NCBI GenBank assembly: GCA_964518425.1
Contig: CAZFGG010000001.1
Span: 54,597-118,596 of the forward strand
Length of the DNA stretch: 64,000 nucleotides
Source of the DNA: an uncultured Gammaproteobacteria bacterium
Lineage (GTDB): Bacteria > Patescibacteriota > Patescibacteriia > SBBC01 > CAIJZX01
Direction of reading: 5' to 3'
Shown: one piece after another, positions 1-11,609 of the stretch
Position numbering within the stretch: the stretch's first letter is position 1
Layout: every line of letters begins with the position of its first letter
The notes under the pieces: model-generated
Told to the model about the DNA's origin: nothing
Database searches by the model: none
The model's input: the letters and a program-made list of their open reading frames with translations, nothing else
Position numbers and translations under genes: made by a program

Positions 1-2
1 GG

Positions 3-2425
<2,423 letters not shown>

Positions 2426-2429
<4 letters not shown>

Positions 2430-3046
2430 GGCGCCGGTCGTCAGAAATGCTGGCGAGCCACGAGATGTTTGCCTACCCCACCGAATCTTTCTACGCCCTT
2501 GGTGTTGATGCGACAAATCCGCTGGCTATCCGTCAATTGTTCCACCTGAAACATCGGGAGAAGGGGAAGCCAATCGCGCTTATTGCAGGGGATCTGGAGC
2601 AAGTCAGAAAGTTTTTTTACTTGTCGAAGGAAGAATCAAAACTAGCAAGGAAATACTGGCCCGGGGCGATGACGATATTGTTGCGGCCCAAGAAACAAAT
2701 CGCGGCGCGGGCGCTGGTTGGGACCACCCCGTCCCGTCATCCGGCGGGCCACCCCTCCTTTGCTAAGGAGGGGACGTTATGGGGTCCGCGCCGCATCGGC
2801 GTGCGTGTTCCAGCCCACGCCCAAGCGAGGGCGCTGGCGATGTCTATTGGCGCACCCATCACCGCCACGAGTGCCAACATCTCCGGCCAACCACCGACGA
2901 AATTAGCGGCCAAGGTGAAAAAGGATTTTCCTGGTATACTGGTCATGTCCGGCCGCTGCGGCCGGTTGCGCCAGCCCTCAACAGTTATCGAAATGCGAAA
3001 AAGCAAAATTCATATCCTCCGTCATGGCAGCGTCCATCTTTCGTAA
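2426..3046 (+). CDS. tsaC: YrdC/TsaC-family L-threonylcarbamoyladenylate synthase (t6A37 pathway); alternative ATG start at 2447
   Basis: 206-aa product with YrdC-domain hallmarks (FAYPTESFYALGVDATNPLAIRQLFHLKHREKGKPIAL...; VRVPAHAQARALAMSIGAPITATSANISGQPP). GTG at 2426 overlaps leuS stop; ATG at 2447 also possible. Too short for Sua5 two-domain form. Confidence 0.75.
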
Positions 3047-4196
3047 GTTTTCCCACTTCACGCCCCACTACTTCCAGAAGCACTTGAGTCGGCAACTCGA
3101 GGAGCTCTATGCGTCCGTGGCGATTTTAGATTTCGCCTTGGCCGCGGTGGCATTATTCGAACCGGTCTATATCTACCAACTCGGCTACTCGCTCCAGCAT
3201 GTTTTGTTGTTCTTCCTGATGACCTACGCCGCCTATTTCTTTACCTTACCGCTGGGTGGAAAATTCGTGGCCCGATTCGGACCAGAACGGAGTATTGCTC
3301 TCAGCACAATCCTCCTCGTCGGCTACTACGGTGGCTTAATGTTACTGAAATCGGTTGATTGGATGTTTTGGGTGACGCCATTTTTCCTGACGTTACAAAA
3401 AACGTTTTACTGGCCGGCCTATCACACGGATTTTATCCTGACCTCGGACCAGGGCCAGCGGGGGAAGGAGTTCTCTGGACTGTGGTCATTGTCGATCCTG
3501 ATGAACATCATTGGGCCATTAGTCGGAGGAATCGTTGTCACGACACTCGGATTTCCCACGCTTTTCCTTGGTGTTATCGCAGTCATTATCCTGTCGAACA
3601 TTCCGCTCTTCGTTCAACCGATTAACCATATTCCCCAGCCCTACTCGTACTGGCAGAGCCTGATCATGCCCTTCCAACGTCGCCACATCAAAACCACCTT
3701 GGCCTACTTAGGTTTTGGCGAGGAATTCGTTATGCAATTCGTCTGGCCGATTTTCATTGTCTTGGTGGTCAAAAGCTACGTCGAATTCGGTGGATTGATT
3801 GCCCTGGCCACGCTCGTCACGGCTTTTGCCACGTTGTACATTGGCAAAGTCGTTGATCGGAACCAACCCCGTCGGGCCCTGGCTTGGGGCACGATCGTCA
3901 CCGCTGTCGTCTGGCTGACCCGGCCATTCATGAAATTGGTGGCGCCGGTCCTGATCAGTGATACGCTCGGCCGGATTGCCAAGAACACGACGTTTGTTCC
4001 CATGACCGCGATGACTTACGAACGAGCTCTTCAAGAAAAGAATATCATTCCGCGGGCCGTGTTCTACGAACAAGGTTTCGCCTTGGCCAAATCGCTGGCG
4101 CCGGCACTGATCATCGTGGCCAGCCTCATCATGCCGACGTTCACCGCTGCCTTCATCATTGCTGGCGTTGTCAGCTTGCTCTATTTCTTGCTCTAG
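3024..4196 (+). CDS. Polytopic membrane protein, MFS-transporter-like
   Basis: 390 aa, about 10-12 hydrophobic helices; MFS motif-A-like loop GGKFVARFGPERSIAL between TM2/TM3. Confidence 0.5.
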   Translation: MAASIFRKFSHFTPHYFQKHLSRQLEELYASVAILDFALAAVALFEPVYIYQLGYSLQHVLLFFLMTYAAYFFTLPLGGKFVARFGPERSIALSTILLVGYYGGLMLLKSVDWMFWVTPFFLTLQKTFYWPAYHTDFILTSDQGQRGKEFSGLWSLSILMNIIGPLVGGIVVTTLGFPTLFLGVIAVIILSNIPLFVQPINHIPQPYSYWQSLIMPFQRRHIKTTLAYLGFGEEFVMQFVWPIFIVLVVKSYVEFGGLIALATLVTAFATLYIGKVVDRNQPRRALAWGTIVTAVVWLTRPFMKLVAPVLISDTLGRIAKNTTFVPMTAMTYERALQEKNIIPRAVFYEQGFALAKSLAPALIIVASLIMPTFTAAFIIAGVVSLLYFLL

Positions 4197-4197
4197 C

Positions 4198-5013
4198 ATG
4201 ACGACCGAACAGGTTCAGCGAATTGTAAAAAAAATTGGTCTCCGTCCGCAACAAGCCGCTGGACAGAATTTTTTGCTTGACCGTTCCGTTGCCGCCAGCA
4301 TGGTCAGCGCAGCCGACATCACGAGCAACGACACGGTGCTGGAAATTGGAGCAGGCTTAGGAATATTAACCGAGGAGCTCTTAGCGGCCGGCGCGAACGT
4401 CATTGCGATCGAACTTGATCATCGTTTAGCCGCATATCTCGAACGAAAGTTTTCCGGGCAGCCAAAACTGAGACTGATCGAAAGCGACATCTTCAAAGTG
4501 AATTTGCCCACCCTGCTTCGGGATGGTCAGTACAAGCTGGTCGCAAATTTGCCGTACAGCGCCACGTCACTCGTCTTTCGCAACTTCTTATCGCTAGCAC
4601 CCCGCCCGTCATCGCTGACGGTCATGATTCAAGCTGAGGTGGCTGAACGGATTACTGCTGAACCAGGCCAACTCAGCGTTTTGGCGGTCATGGTCCAGTC
4701 TTACAGCCAGGTCGAAAGACTCTTTGATGTTCCGCCGGCCAGTTTTTACCCAGCCCCGAGTGTCCAATCGGCTGTAGTCTATTGCCACGACCTCCGCCCA
4801 GTCAACCCCGAGGTTGACAAACAACTTTTCCGGCTTGTCCGAGCTGGCTTTGCTGCCCGACGAAAATTCGTCGTCAAGAACTTAGCCGCGGTTACCCATC
4901 GCCCGGTCGAAGAAATAGCTCAAGGTATTGAGTCTCTAGGCCTAAAAACAACGGTCCGGGCACAAGAAATTCCGGTTGAACTCTGGCCAAAAATTCAGAA
5001 AATTCTGAGTTGA
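4198..5013 (+). CDS. rsmA: 16S rRNA (adenine1518/1519-N6)-dimethyltransferase RsmA/KsgA
   Basis: SAM-binding VLEIGAGLGILTEEL, catalytic NLPYSATS motif; ATG at 4198 immediately after upstream stop (4194-4196). Confidence 0.85.
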   Translation: MTTEQVQRIVKKIGLRPQQAAGQNFLLDRSVAASMVSAADITSNDTVLEIGAGLGILTEELLAAGANVIAIELDHRLAAYLERKFSGQPKLRLIESDIFKVNLPTLLRDGQYKLVANLPYSATSLVFRNFLSLAPRPSSLTVMIQAEVAERITAEPGQLSVLAVMVQSYSQVERLFDVPPASFYPAPSVQSAVVYCHDLRPVNPEVDKQLFRLVRAGFAARRKFVVKNLAAVTHRPVEEIAQGIESLGLKTTVRAQEIPVELWPKIQKILS

Positions 5014-5038
5014 CGAATGATCAAAACTCTGCTATAGT
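5010..5038 (+). promoter_or_regulatory. Sigma70-like promoter TTGACG-17-TATAGT upstream of the giant-protein operon
   Basis: TTGACG at 5010-5015, 17-nt spacer, TATAGT at 5033-5038; lies in the 179-bp gap between rsmA and ORF 5193. Confidence 0.45.
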
Positions 5039-5192
5039 AAAAGAGCTTTTTTTATGATATTTGAGGCTAAAATCGCCTGGGGAAAACTTCAAAGAATTTT
5101 GTGAAGATCAAGACCTACAATCACACGTATTTTTCGAAAAATAATGGAGGCGCTACGTTTATTGGTCAGCGCTGATTTCTTTTACTGTTGCC

Positions 5193-5969
5193 ATGTCATT
5201 CCTGTCCCGAATTCGTCAGGCCACGACCAATGGCGTTGTGCACGTGGGACAAGGAACAACACCGCATCAATCACTCGACAGCCCGAAAGCTTTCCGTCTG
5301 GTCGCCGCGATTGCGGCGGTCACCATCATCGGTAGTGGCTGGCTCGTGGCGCACAGTATCCGGAATGCCACCCGCGCACCAGTTGCTACCGTCACCAATA
5401 ACAGCGCTATCGTTCAACTGAATGCACTGAAGCAAAAAGATACCGACGGTGACGGACTGTCCGACTACGACGAGCTCTTTTCATACCACACCAGTCCCTA
5501 CCTGAAAGATAGTGATGGTGACGGCGTCCCAGATAGTCAGGAGGTAGACAAAGGATCAGATCCGAATTGTCCGCAGGGAAAAATCTGTTCGTCATTTACC
5601 CTGCTGACCTCACCGGTTGACGCTAACGGCAACCTGACCCCAGCTTTCCTGAGACAAGCCCTGAAAGATGCTGGCGTGCCACAAGCTCAACTTGATAAAA
5701 CCGATGACGCGACCCTTCTAAAAATTTATCAAAGCGTCGTTGGTCAGGCACCGGTGACGAATACGAACCAAGTTGCGACCAACACGAATAACACGCAAAA
5801 CACGAATGTTTCTTCCTCGCTCAGCCAGTTCACGAATCTCTCGGCCGCCGATATCCGACAACTTCTCATTAAGAACGGTGTCGATCAGAGTGTTCTGAAC
5901 AGCGTCGACGACGCCACGTTGAAACAAATTTTCCAGCAAGCCTACCAATCCAACCAGACTACTCCGTAA
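5193..5969 (+). CDS. Membrane-anchored/secreted hypothetical protein with DxDGDG Ca-binding-like (thrombospondin type-3-like) motifs and an internal C-terminal duplication
   Basis: N-terminal hydrophobic anchor (AAIAAVTIIGSGWLVA); DTDGDGLSDYDE and DSDGDGVPDSQE motifs; duplicated segment ...LKDAGVPQAQLDKTDDATLLKIYQ / ...IKNGVDQSVLNSVDDATLKQIFQ. Confidence 0.5.
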   Translation: MSFLSRIRQATTNGVVHVGQGTTPHQSLDSPKAFRLVAAIAAVTIIGSGWLVAHSIRNATRAPVATVTNNSAIVQLNALKQKDTDGDGLSDYDELFSYHTSPYLKDSDGDGVPDSQEVDKGSDPNCPQGKICSSFTLLTSPVDANGNLTPAFLRQALKDAGVPQAQLDKTDDATLLKIYQSVVGQAPVTNTNQVATNTNNTQNTNVSSSLSQFTNLSAADIRQLLIKNGVDQSVLNSVDDATLKQIFQQAYQSNQTTP

Positions 5970-5972
5970 GGC

Positions 5973-8900
5973 ATGTCCCGTCGCTCTCGCTTCATCTTCA
6001 TCTTGTTGACCAGCTTCATCCTGCTGGGCCAATTTGGATTTTCCGTTCGACCAGCCCAGGCCATTCTGGGAGTTGGCGATGTAACATTTAACACAACGGT
6101 TGAGGATATCCCTCGTAAAATTGCGGCGACAATAACGAAGGTCACCGACACGCTCAAAGGGAAACTGAAGACGGTGACTGACATCACATTTAAAAATTCA
6201 TTACAGCTCTTCACTAGCCGGTTGCTTCGAGAAGCGGCCACCCAAATCGCGACGGCTGGCCCTGGACAAAAACCACTCTTCCTGACGAATCCGAAGACCT
6301 TCTTCCGAAATGTCGCTAACTCAGCGGCCGGAGATTACATCGATAATTTTACCCGTGGCATTACCGGACAAACCGCGGCCTCGGTCGGCTCAACACGGAC
6401 GCGCTTTCTCATTTCCCGATTCTTGCGATCCTCACTTCCGAACCCGCTCAATTCCTGTCAGGACGATTGTCGAACGAACTACTCCGTCCGTTCGGACTTT
6501 TCACCCGGCGTCAGTAAACGCCCATCCGCGGAAAACGACCACGAAACAAAAATCAACGATGTCTTGGGCGTGTATCAAGACATTAACGGGAGTACCGTGC
6601 AACTTGCCAGTACTGATCCGAATCAACTGATGACTTGCCGCGAGGTCAACACGAAAGTCCCGTTCACCGGCAGTGTCCAACCCTACATTATCTCGCCGGG
6701 ATACCCTGGTACCCAGACCATTCCTCAAATCCAGGCCCAGCAATGTAAAAACCATCAAGAAGAAGCGATCAATAATGAAAAATCTGACGCCTACGCTGAA
6801 ACACTGCAGTGTTACAAAGACTGCCAAAACGGTTTAGCCGGCGTCGCAACCGGGGCCATCAACGCAGCTACGGCGACTGATGTTTTCACCGCAGTCAATA
6901 ACATTGAACCATCAAAAGTTCCTGGCGCTATAGCCAACGCCTTGTCCAACGATAAAAGCGATGTTGGGCAACTCCTTGGTGCGTTTGCAGGTTTAACGAC
7001 GGCCGTTCAAGACCGGATCACGGGTGAACAGACCAACCTCCAGCCGAACGTTCTCCCCCGGACGTCGACGGTCAGCGAGCAAGTCGCGAGTCCAAGCACA
7101 GTTACGACAGCGACCTTCTACGGTTTATTCCAAGTCAGTTCCAACGGCCAGTTTGTCTACACCGGCAGCGGTTTAGCTGACATTCTCAAAGGTATCGCTT
7201 CCTTCATCAATAGCCCGATCGGACAACTCTTCACTCAGTCATTCCGTAACAAGTGTGGCTTCAATCCGGATGCCTGTCGCGGACCGTCCAACCCGCAATC
7301 AGCTATCGGCCAACTCTTATTCGGCACAGGACTGCCGAGCGGCATAGCCGGCGCCCAAATCCAATTATCGTCACTTGGTCAACCGCAGTTGATCAGCGGC
7401 AACCCGGGGCAAAACGACATCCCGGTCACCGACCAACTCTCAACGAACGGTTTAATTGATAGTGGCTTCCGACAGGCTATTGAAGAAGAACTAACCGTTC
7501 AAGAAGCGCTGAATAAAAAACTACTCGATAGCCAGAAAGTTTTCGGCTTTGACCGCAACGGTGTTGAGCCACGAGACGGCTATCCGTATCGAGCCTTGCA
7601 GTACCTCCGAAAGTTCCGGGTGATTCCTGTTGGTTGGGAACTGGCGGCCAAGTACAAACAACAATTTGATAACCGTAACCTGACGCTCGGCAAGCTCGTT
7701 AAGGCTTTCAATATTTGTGGCCAAGACCAGCTTCTGGGAACGTGCACCAATGATCCCACTAGAACGTGCGTGACTAATCCAGACTGCACGTTTACACTGC
7801 CAAGCGGGACACAGAGCACTGGGCAATGTACGAATATCAAATTTTCGGGAACCCACGAAGTCTGCACCAATAATCCGGAGCAGGCCTGTCAGCTCGATGC
7901 CGATTGTGGTGGCGGCACGTGTGGCGCTAGCCCGTACTGTGGGCTCGTCGATCCGAACTGGGTTTTGAAAGCCCCGCAATCGTTCTGTCGACGACAAGGC
8001 GCAGGCGAAGAAATCTTAACCAAAGAATTCGTCTGTGATGAGAACAACGTTAACGGAACAACGAACGCGTCTATTCCACCGGGAACAATAGCACAACAAG
8101 CTGGTGATTCCGGCTCGCCGAATTGTGTTTTCGATGGGACAAATAACCAACATCCCGATATCGGTCACTGGGTAATCAGCCGCAATACCGATACCTGTGC
8201 TGATGTTCAATCGTGTATCGCCGAGAACGATGACGGATCGTGTATTGCCTACGGATACTGCGTTCAAGAGCGACAAACATTCAAGTTTAGCGGAACGCAG
8301 TGCGACGCTCAGAACGTTTCCTGTACAGCCTATACCGATAGTCAAGGCCAACCGCGAAGTTACCTGGCCAACACCCTTGATTTTCGGAATTGCACGGCCG
8401 ACAACGCTGGTTGTCAGTGGTACTGTCATAAGGTCTGCAGCGACGACCCTTCTCGATCCTGTAGTGTCGATGTCGATTGTGCTACTGGTAGCGGTACAAA
8501 TACGGCCACTTGTACCGGAGGATTTGATGCGAGTACGAACAGTTGGCTCTGCGCTGATCCGACTCTCGCGAACACTCCGGCCACCAACCCAACGATCAAC
8601 TTCACGAATAAAGTTGCGAAATGTGACCAGACGCAAGCTGGTTGCCAACAATACCTGCGAACGACCAATGGCACCAATCTCTTACCGAATAGCGGTTTCG
8701 AAGTCATCACCAATGGTGTCCAGGTTGGCAGCGGGGCTGACGCGATTTATGCCGACTGGCAGAATAGCAGCGGACTCCACGCGGTCCCAGTGACACCCGA
8801 TGACCCATTGATCACAGCCAACAACAGTGTCGCGGTGAACCTCAGCGGCTCAGGGGTGATCAGTCAAACGATAGATACCGGTGCCCATATCTACGAACAG

Positions 8901-11609
8901 ACGTTCACGGCCAGCGTTCGTGCCAAAGCCGCGGCTGCTTGTACCACCCGCCTCATTGTCAGCACGAATCTCGGCGGGAGCAACGTTTCATCCGACCAAA
9001 TGAGCGTCACGACCGATTGGCAGACATTTACGACAACCCTGGTTCTGCCGACGCAGCTCCAAGCTGGTACGGCCGACGACGGAAAAGTCGGCGTGGCCAT
9101 CCAAGTCGGAGGGTGCGCGAATCTCATTATCGATAACGCCCAACTCGAGCACGATGGACCGACGACCTATAAAGATTACGGCGCCATCAACGCTACCTAT
9201 CTCGGGGCCAAGCGCCAACAGTGCACCAAGGAAGATGTCGGCTGCCAACTCTACACCCCAACCGATGGCTCGCCCGCGGTGCCTGGACAAATTCTCAATA
9301 GCAATCGCTGCGACGCGCAAAACGTCGGTTGTAACCTCTACCACCTTGAACCGATCACGACGGTCCCCAAACGCAGCGGCGGAGATGTCACGGTCGTGGC
9401 GACCAAGGGCGAACAGTGCAGCGCCTCTGACGTCGGCTGCGAAGAATATACCAACCTTGATGAGGTGGCGAAAGGCGGCGAAGGGAAAGCCTACTTCAAA
9501 TCGGTGAAACAGTGCGTCAAGCCGAATGGCGACCCGGTCGTTGCCCCGCAGCAAACCTACTACACCTGGGTTGGAGATCCGAAAGCGGGATTTGTGCTCC
9601 GCGCCTATGACTTATTGAAATCAAATCTCGACGGAAACCCCTGCACGAATCTGACCGTTGGAACGGTTGGCACAACCCCGGCTTGTGATGATGCGAACCG
9701 ACCCGACCCGCAAAGCACCCTGTGCAATGCCTCGACCTTCGCTACGAACCCTGACTGTGGTCAGTACTATGATTCCAGTTTGAATGTCTACTACCGTTTG
9801 CGCCAAGCAACGGTCTCGGTCACGCCGGATTGTCATCCTTTCCGAAATACCATTGACCAGGATGATCAGAACGCTAAGAACAATATTTACTACCTGGCGC
9901 CGGAAGAAAATGTCAGCTGTTCAGCCGCCGCCGCTGGCTGCCGGGGCTACACCGGTAATGCGGCCCAGACGAGTCGACAAATTTTCCGCGATGATTTTGA
10001 AACCGCGACAACCAGTAACTGGGTTGGTGGCAGTATTTCCTCGGCCTCAATCAGTTTGGGCGGACATTCCATGCACATCCCTGGTAATAGCGCCGCCTAC
10101 CTGACGACAGCGGCGGTCAAAGGTAAACTTTTCAAGGGGAAGACATACCAGGTGACGCTCTTAGCTGCCGCGGCCAGCTCAACGGCGCCGCAACTCGGTG
10201 TCTGGCTTGGTCCGGTGACGAACGGAAAATTTGATGGTATTACGCCTTTCCAGCGCGATGCTAACGGGAATCCATTGACGGTCACGCCAACCTACAGTTC
10301 CTCGATTACGCCGCCTGGTCCCGAGTGGCACACCTATTCGTTTGGCCTTCTCACACTGACCCGCGATCCGACGAGCCTGACGCTTGGTCTGACTGTTGAT
10401 GGCGGTGACGCCTTCGTTGATAATGTTACCTTAACGGAAATCAACGACAGTCTCTACTTGGTGAGTTCGACAGTCCCGGCCTGTCCGGCCAGCGAGGTTG
10501 GTTGTGCCGCCTACACTGATCGCGATGGAAATACGGTCAACCTTAAATCATTCAGCCGGATCTGCTCGGAACAGGCCGTGAACTGTGAAGCCTTGATTGA
10601 CACGCACAACAGTACGTCGCCTGACGCCGAAACGATTAAAAATATTAGTACGCCGGCTGACAACGTCGTCCAAGTCGTCAATGATCCGGCCGTCAGTTGC
10701 CAAGCCGAAGCTAAGGGCTGTCAGGCCGTGGGCTTGCCAACCTACAATACCGACCACCTCCTGACGGGGTACCAGACGACGTATTTGAAAAATAACCCTG
10801 ACCTCTACTCGACAAACCTCTGTACGGATGGACGGAATGGAACACCGAACGAGCTCTTCTGCAGCGCCTACTCAACCTCGAGCGGGACAGTGGCTTTCTT
10901 CAAAGATCCAACCAATCAGACGTGTGAATTCCGAACGGATAATTCCACAGCTGGGGGACAATGGTATGTCACGGGAACAACGACCTTATGTCCGACGGTC
11001 ACGCCGCCTGAAGTCGGACGACCAGTCGGCGCGTCATGCACGCCGACCTGCGACGGGGGCCAGCGACTAGGCCGGGCCTGCGTCTCGAACGCTGACTGCC
11101 CGAGTGCAAAATGTACTGGCGACGCTGCGACGACCGGGCGGATTAATGACGGCTCCGGCAAAGCAATTATTGGTCAGTGCGGCTCGGATAGCAATTGCTT
11201 GGGCGGTAATAAGTGTCTGTACCAGGTTGGGACCTGTCCAGCCGAACAGAATTCCTGTACCGAATACCGCGACCCCACTGATCCAAAGAGTTGCCGCTCG
11301 GAATGTCCACTTGTTCAACAAGGGGGCAGCGCGGTCTTCGTAGACAGCACCTGTACCCCGACGGTCTGTCAGGGTGGCGACCAGGCGGGCAAAGGTTGCC
11401 AAACGAGCACCGATTGCAGCGGCGGAGGACAATGCGTTGGATTTGGCAGCACCCCGGCACTCGGCGCCCCTGGTTGCCGGCCATATTACTACCTGAGCTC
11501 GAGCGTCGAAGACACGGCCAAAGAGTGTAATGGCCAGGTCAACTTAGCTACCGGTTGCCGTCCATTCAATGATACCTTAAACCCAGTCCTTAACTTCCGC
11601 GGCCAATGA
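5973..11609 (+). CDS. Giant (1878 aa) secreted cysteine-rich surface protein, hypothetical
   Basis: Signal peptide MSRRSRFIFILLTSFILLGQFGFSVRPAQA; uninterrupted 5.6-kb ORF; >=10 copies of a C-x5-(G/S)-C-x-x-Y motif in C-terminal half; 3 nt after upstream stop. Confidence 0.7.
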   Translation: MSRRSRFIFILLTSFILLGQFGFSVRPAQAILGVGDVTFNTTVEDIPRKIAATITKVTDTLKGKLKTVTDITFKNSLQLFTSRLLREAATQIATAGPGQKPLFLTNPKTFFRNVANSAAGDYIDNFTRGITGQTAASVGSTRTRFLISRFLRSSLPNPLNSCQDDCRTNYSVRSDFSPGVSKRPSAENDHETKINDVLGVYQDINGSTVQLASTDPNQLMTCREVNTKVPFTGSVQPYIISPGYPGTQTIPQIQAQQCKNHQEEAINNEKSDAYAETLQCYKDCQNGLAGVATGAINAATATDVFTAVNNIEPSKVPGAIANALSNDKSDVGQLLGAFAGLTTAVQDRITGEQTNLQPNVLPRTSTVSEQVASPSTVTTATFYGLFQVSSNGQFVYTGSGLADILKGIASFINSPIGQLFTQSFRNKCGFNPDACRGPSNPQSAIGQLLFGTGLPSGIAGAQIQLSSLGQPQLISGNPGQNDIPVTDQLSTNGLIDSGFRQAIEEELTVQEALNKKLLDSQKVFGFDRNGVEPRDGYPYRALQYLRKFRVIPVGWELAAKYKQQFDNRNLTLGKLVKAFNICGQDQLLGTCTNDPTRTCVTNPDCTFTLPSGTQSTGQCTNIKFSGTHEVCTNNPEQACQLDADCGGGTCGASPYCGLVDPNWVLKAPQSFCRRQGAGEEILTKEFVCDENNVNGTTNASIPPGTIAQQAGDSGSPNCVFDGTNNQHPDIGHWVISRNTDTCADVQSCIAENDDGSCIAYGYCVQERQTFKFSGTQCDAQNVSCTAYTDSQGQPRSYLANTLDFRNCTADNAGCQWYCHKVCSDDPSRSCSVDVDCATGSGTNTATCTGGFDASTNSWLCADPTLANTPATNPTINFTNKVAKCDQTQAGCQQYLRTTNGTNLLPNSGFEVITNGVQVGSGADAIYADWQNSSGLHAVPVTPDDPLITANNSVAVNLSGSGVISQTIDTGAHIYEQTFTASVRAKAAAACTTRLIVSTNLGGSNVSSDQMSVTTDWQTFTTTLVLPTQLQAGTADDGKVGVAIQVGGCANLIIDNAQLEHDGPTTYKDYGAINATYLGAKRQQCTKEDVGCQLYTPTDGSPAVPGQILNSNRCDAQNVGCNLYHLEPITTVPKRSGGDVTVVATKGEQCSASDVGCEEYTNLDEVAKGGEGKAYFKSVKQCVKPNGDPVVAPQQTYYTWVGDPKAGFVLRAYDLLKSNLDGNPCTNLTVGTVGTTPACDDANRPDPQSTLCNASTFATNPDCGQYYDSSLNVYYRLRQATVSVTPDCHPFRNTIDQDDQNAKNNIYYLAPEENVSCSAAAAGCRGYTGNAAQTSRQIFRDDFETATTSNWVGGSISSASISLGGHSMHIPGNSAAYLTTAAVKGKLFKGKTYQVTLLAAAASSTAPQLGVWLGPVTNGKFDGITPFQRDANGNPLTVTPTYSSSITPPGPEWHTYSFGLLTLTRDPTSLTLGLTVDGGDAFVDNVTLTEINDSLYLVSSTVPACPASEVGCAAYTDRDGNTVNLKSFSRICSEQAVNCEALIDTHNSTSPDAETIKNISTPADNVVQVVNDPAVSCQAEAKGCQAVGLPTYNTDHLLTGYQTTYLKNNPDLYSTNLCTDGRNGTPNELFCSAYSTSSGTVAFFKDPTNQTCEFRTDNSTAGGQWYVTGTTTLCPTVTPPEVGRPVGASCTPTCDGGQRLGRACVSNADCPSAKCTGDAATTGRINDGSGKAIIGQCGSDSNCLGGNKCLYQVGTCPAEQNSCTEYRDPTDPKSCRSECPLVQQGGSAVFVDSTCTPTVCQGGDQAGKGCQTSTDCSGGGQCVGFGSTPALGAPGCRPYYYLSSSVEDTAKECNGQVNLATGCRPFNDTLNPVLNFRGQ

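Noticed and set aside
2718-3087. Alternative-frame ORFs 2718..2906 + and 2779..3087 + inside the tsaC-like gene
   Set aside because: They overlap the conserved YrdC-domain frame and have Arg/Pro-rich low-complexity translations typical of off-frame GC-rich sequence.
8016-9554. Long antisense ORFs (8016..8651 -, 8988..9554 -, also 15008..15613 -, 13111..13476 -) inside the giant + strand genes
   Set aside because: They sit wholly within long, motif-bearing + strand reading frames in GC-rich DNA. They have no start context and no recognisable protein features, so they are typical shadow ORFs.
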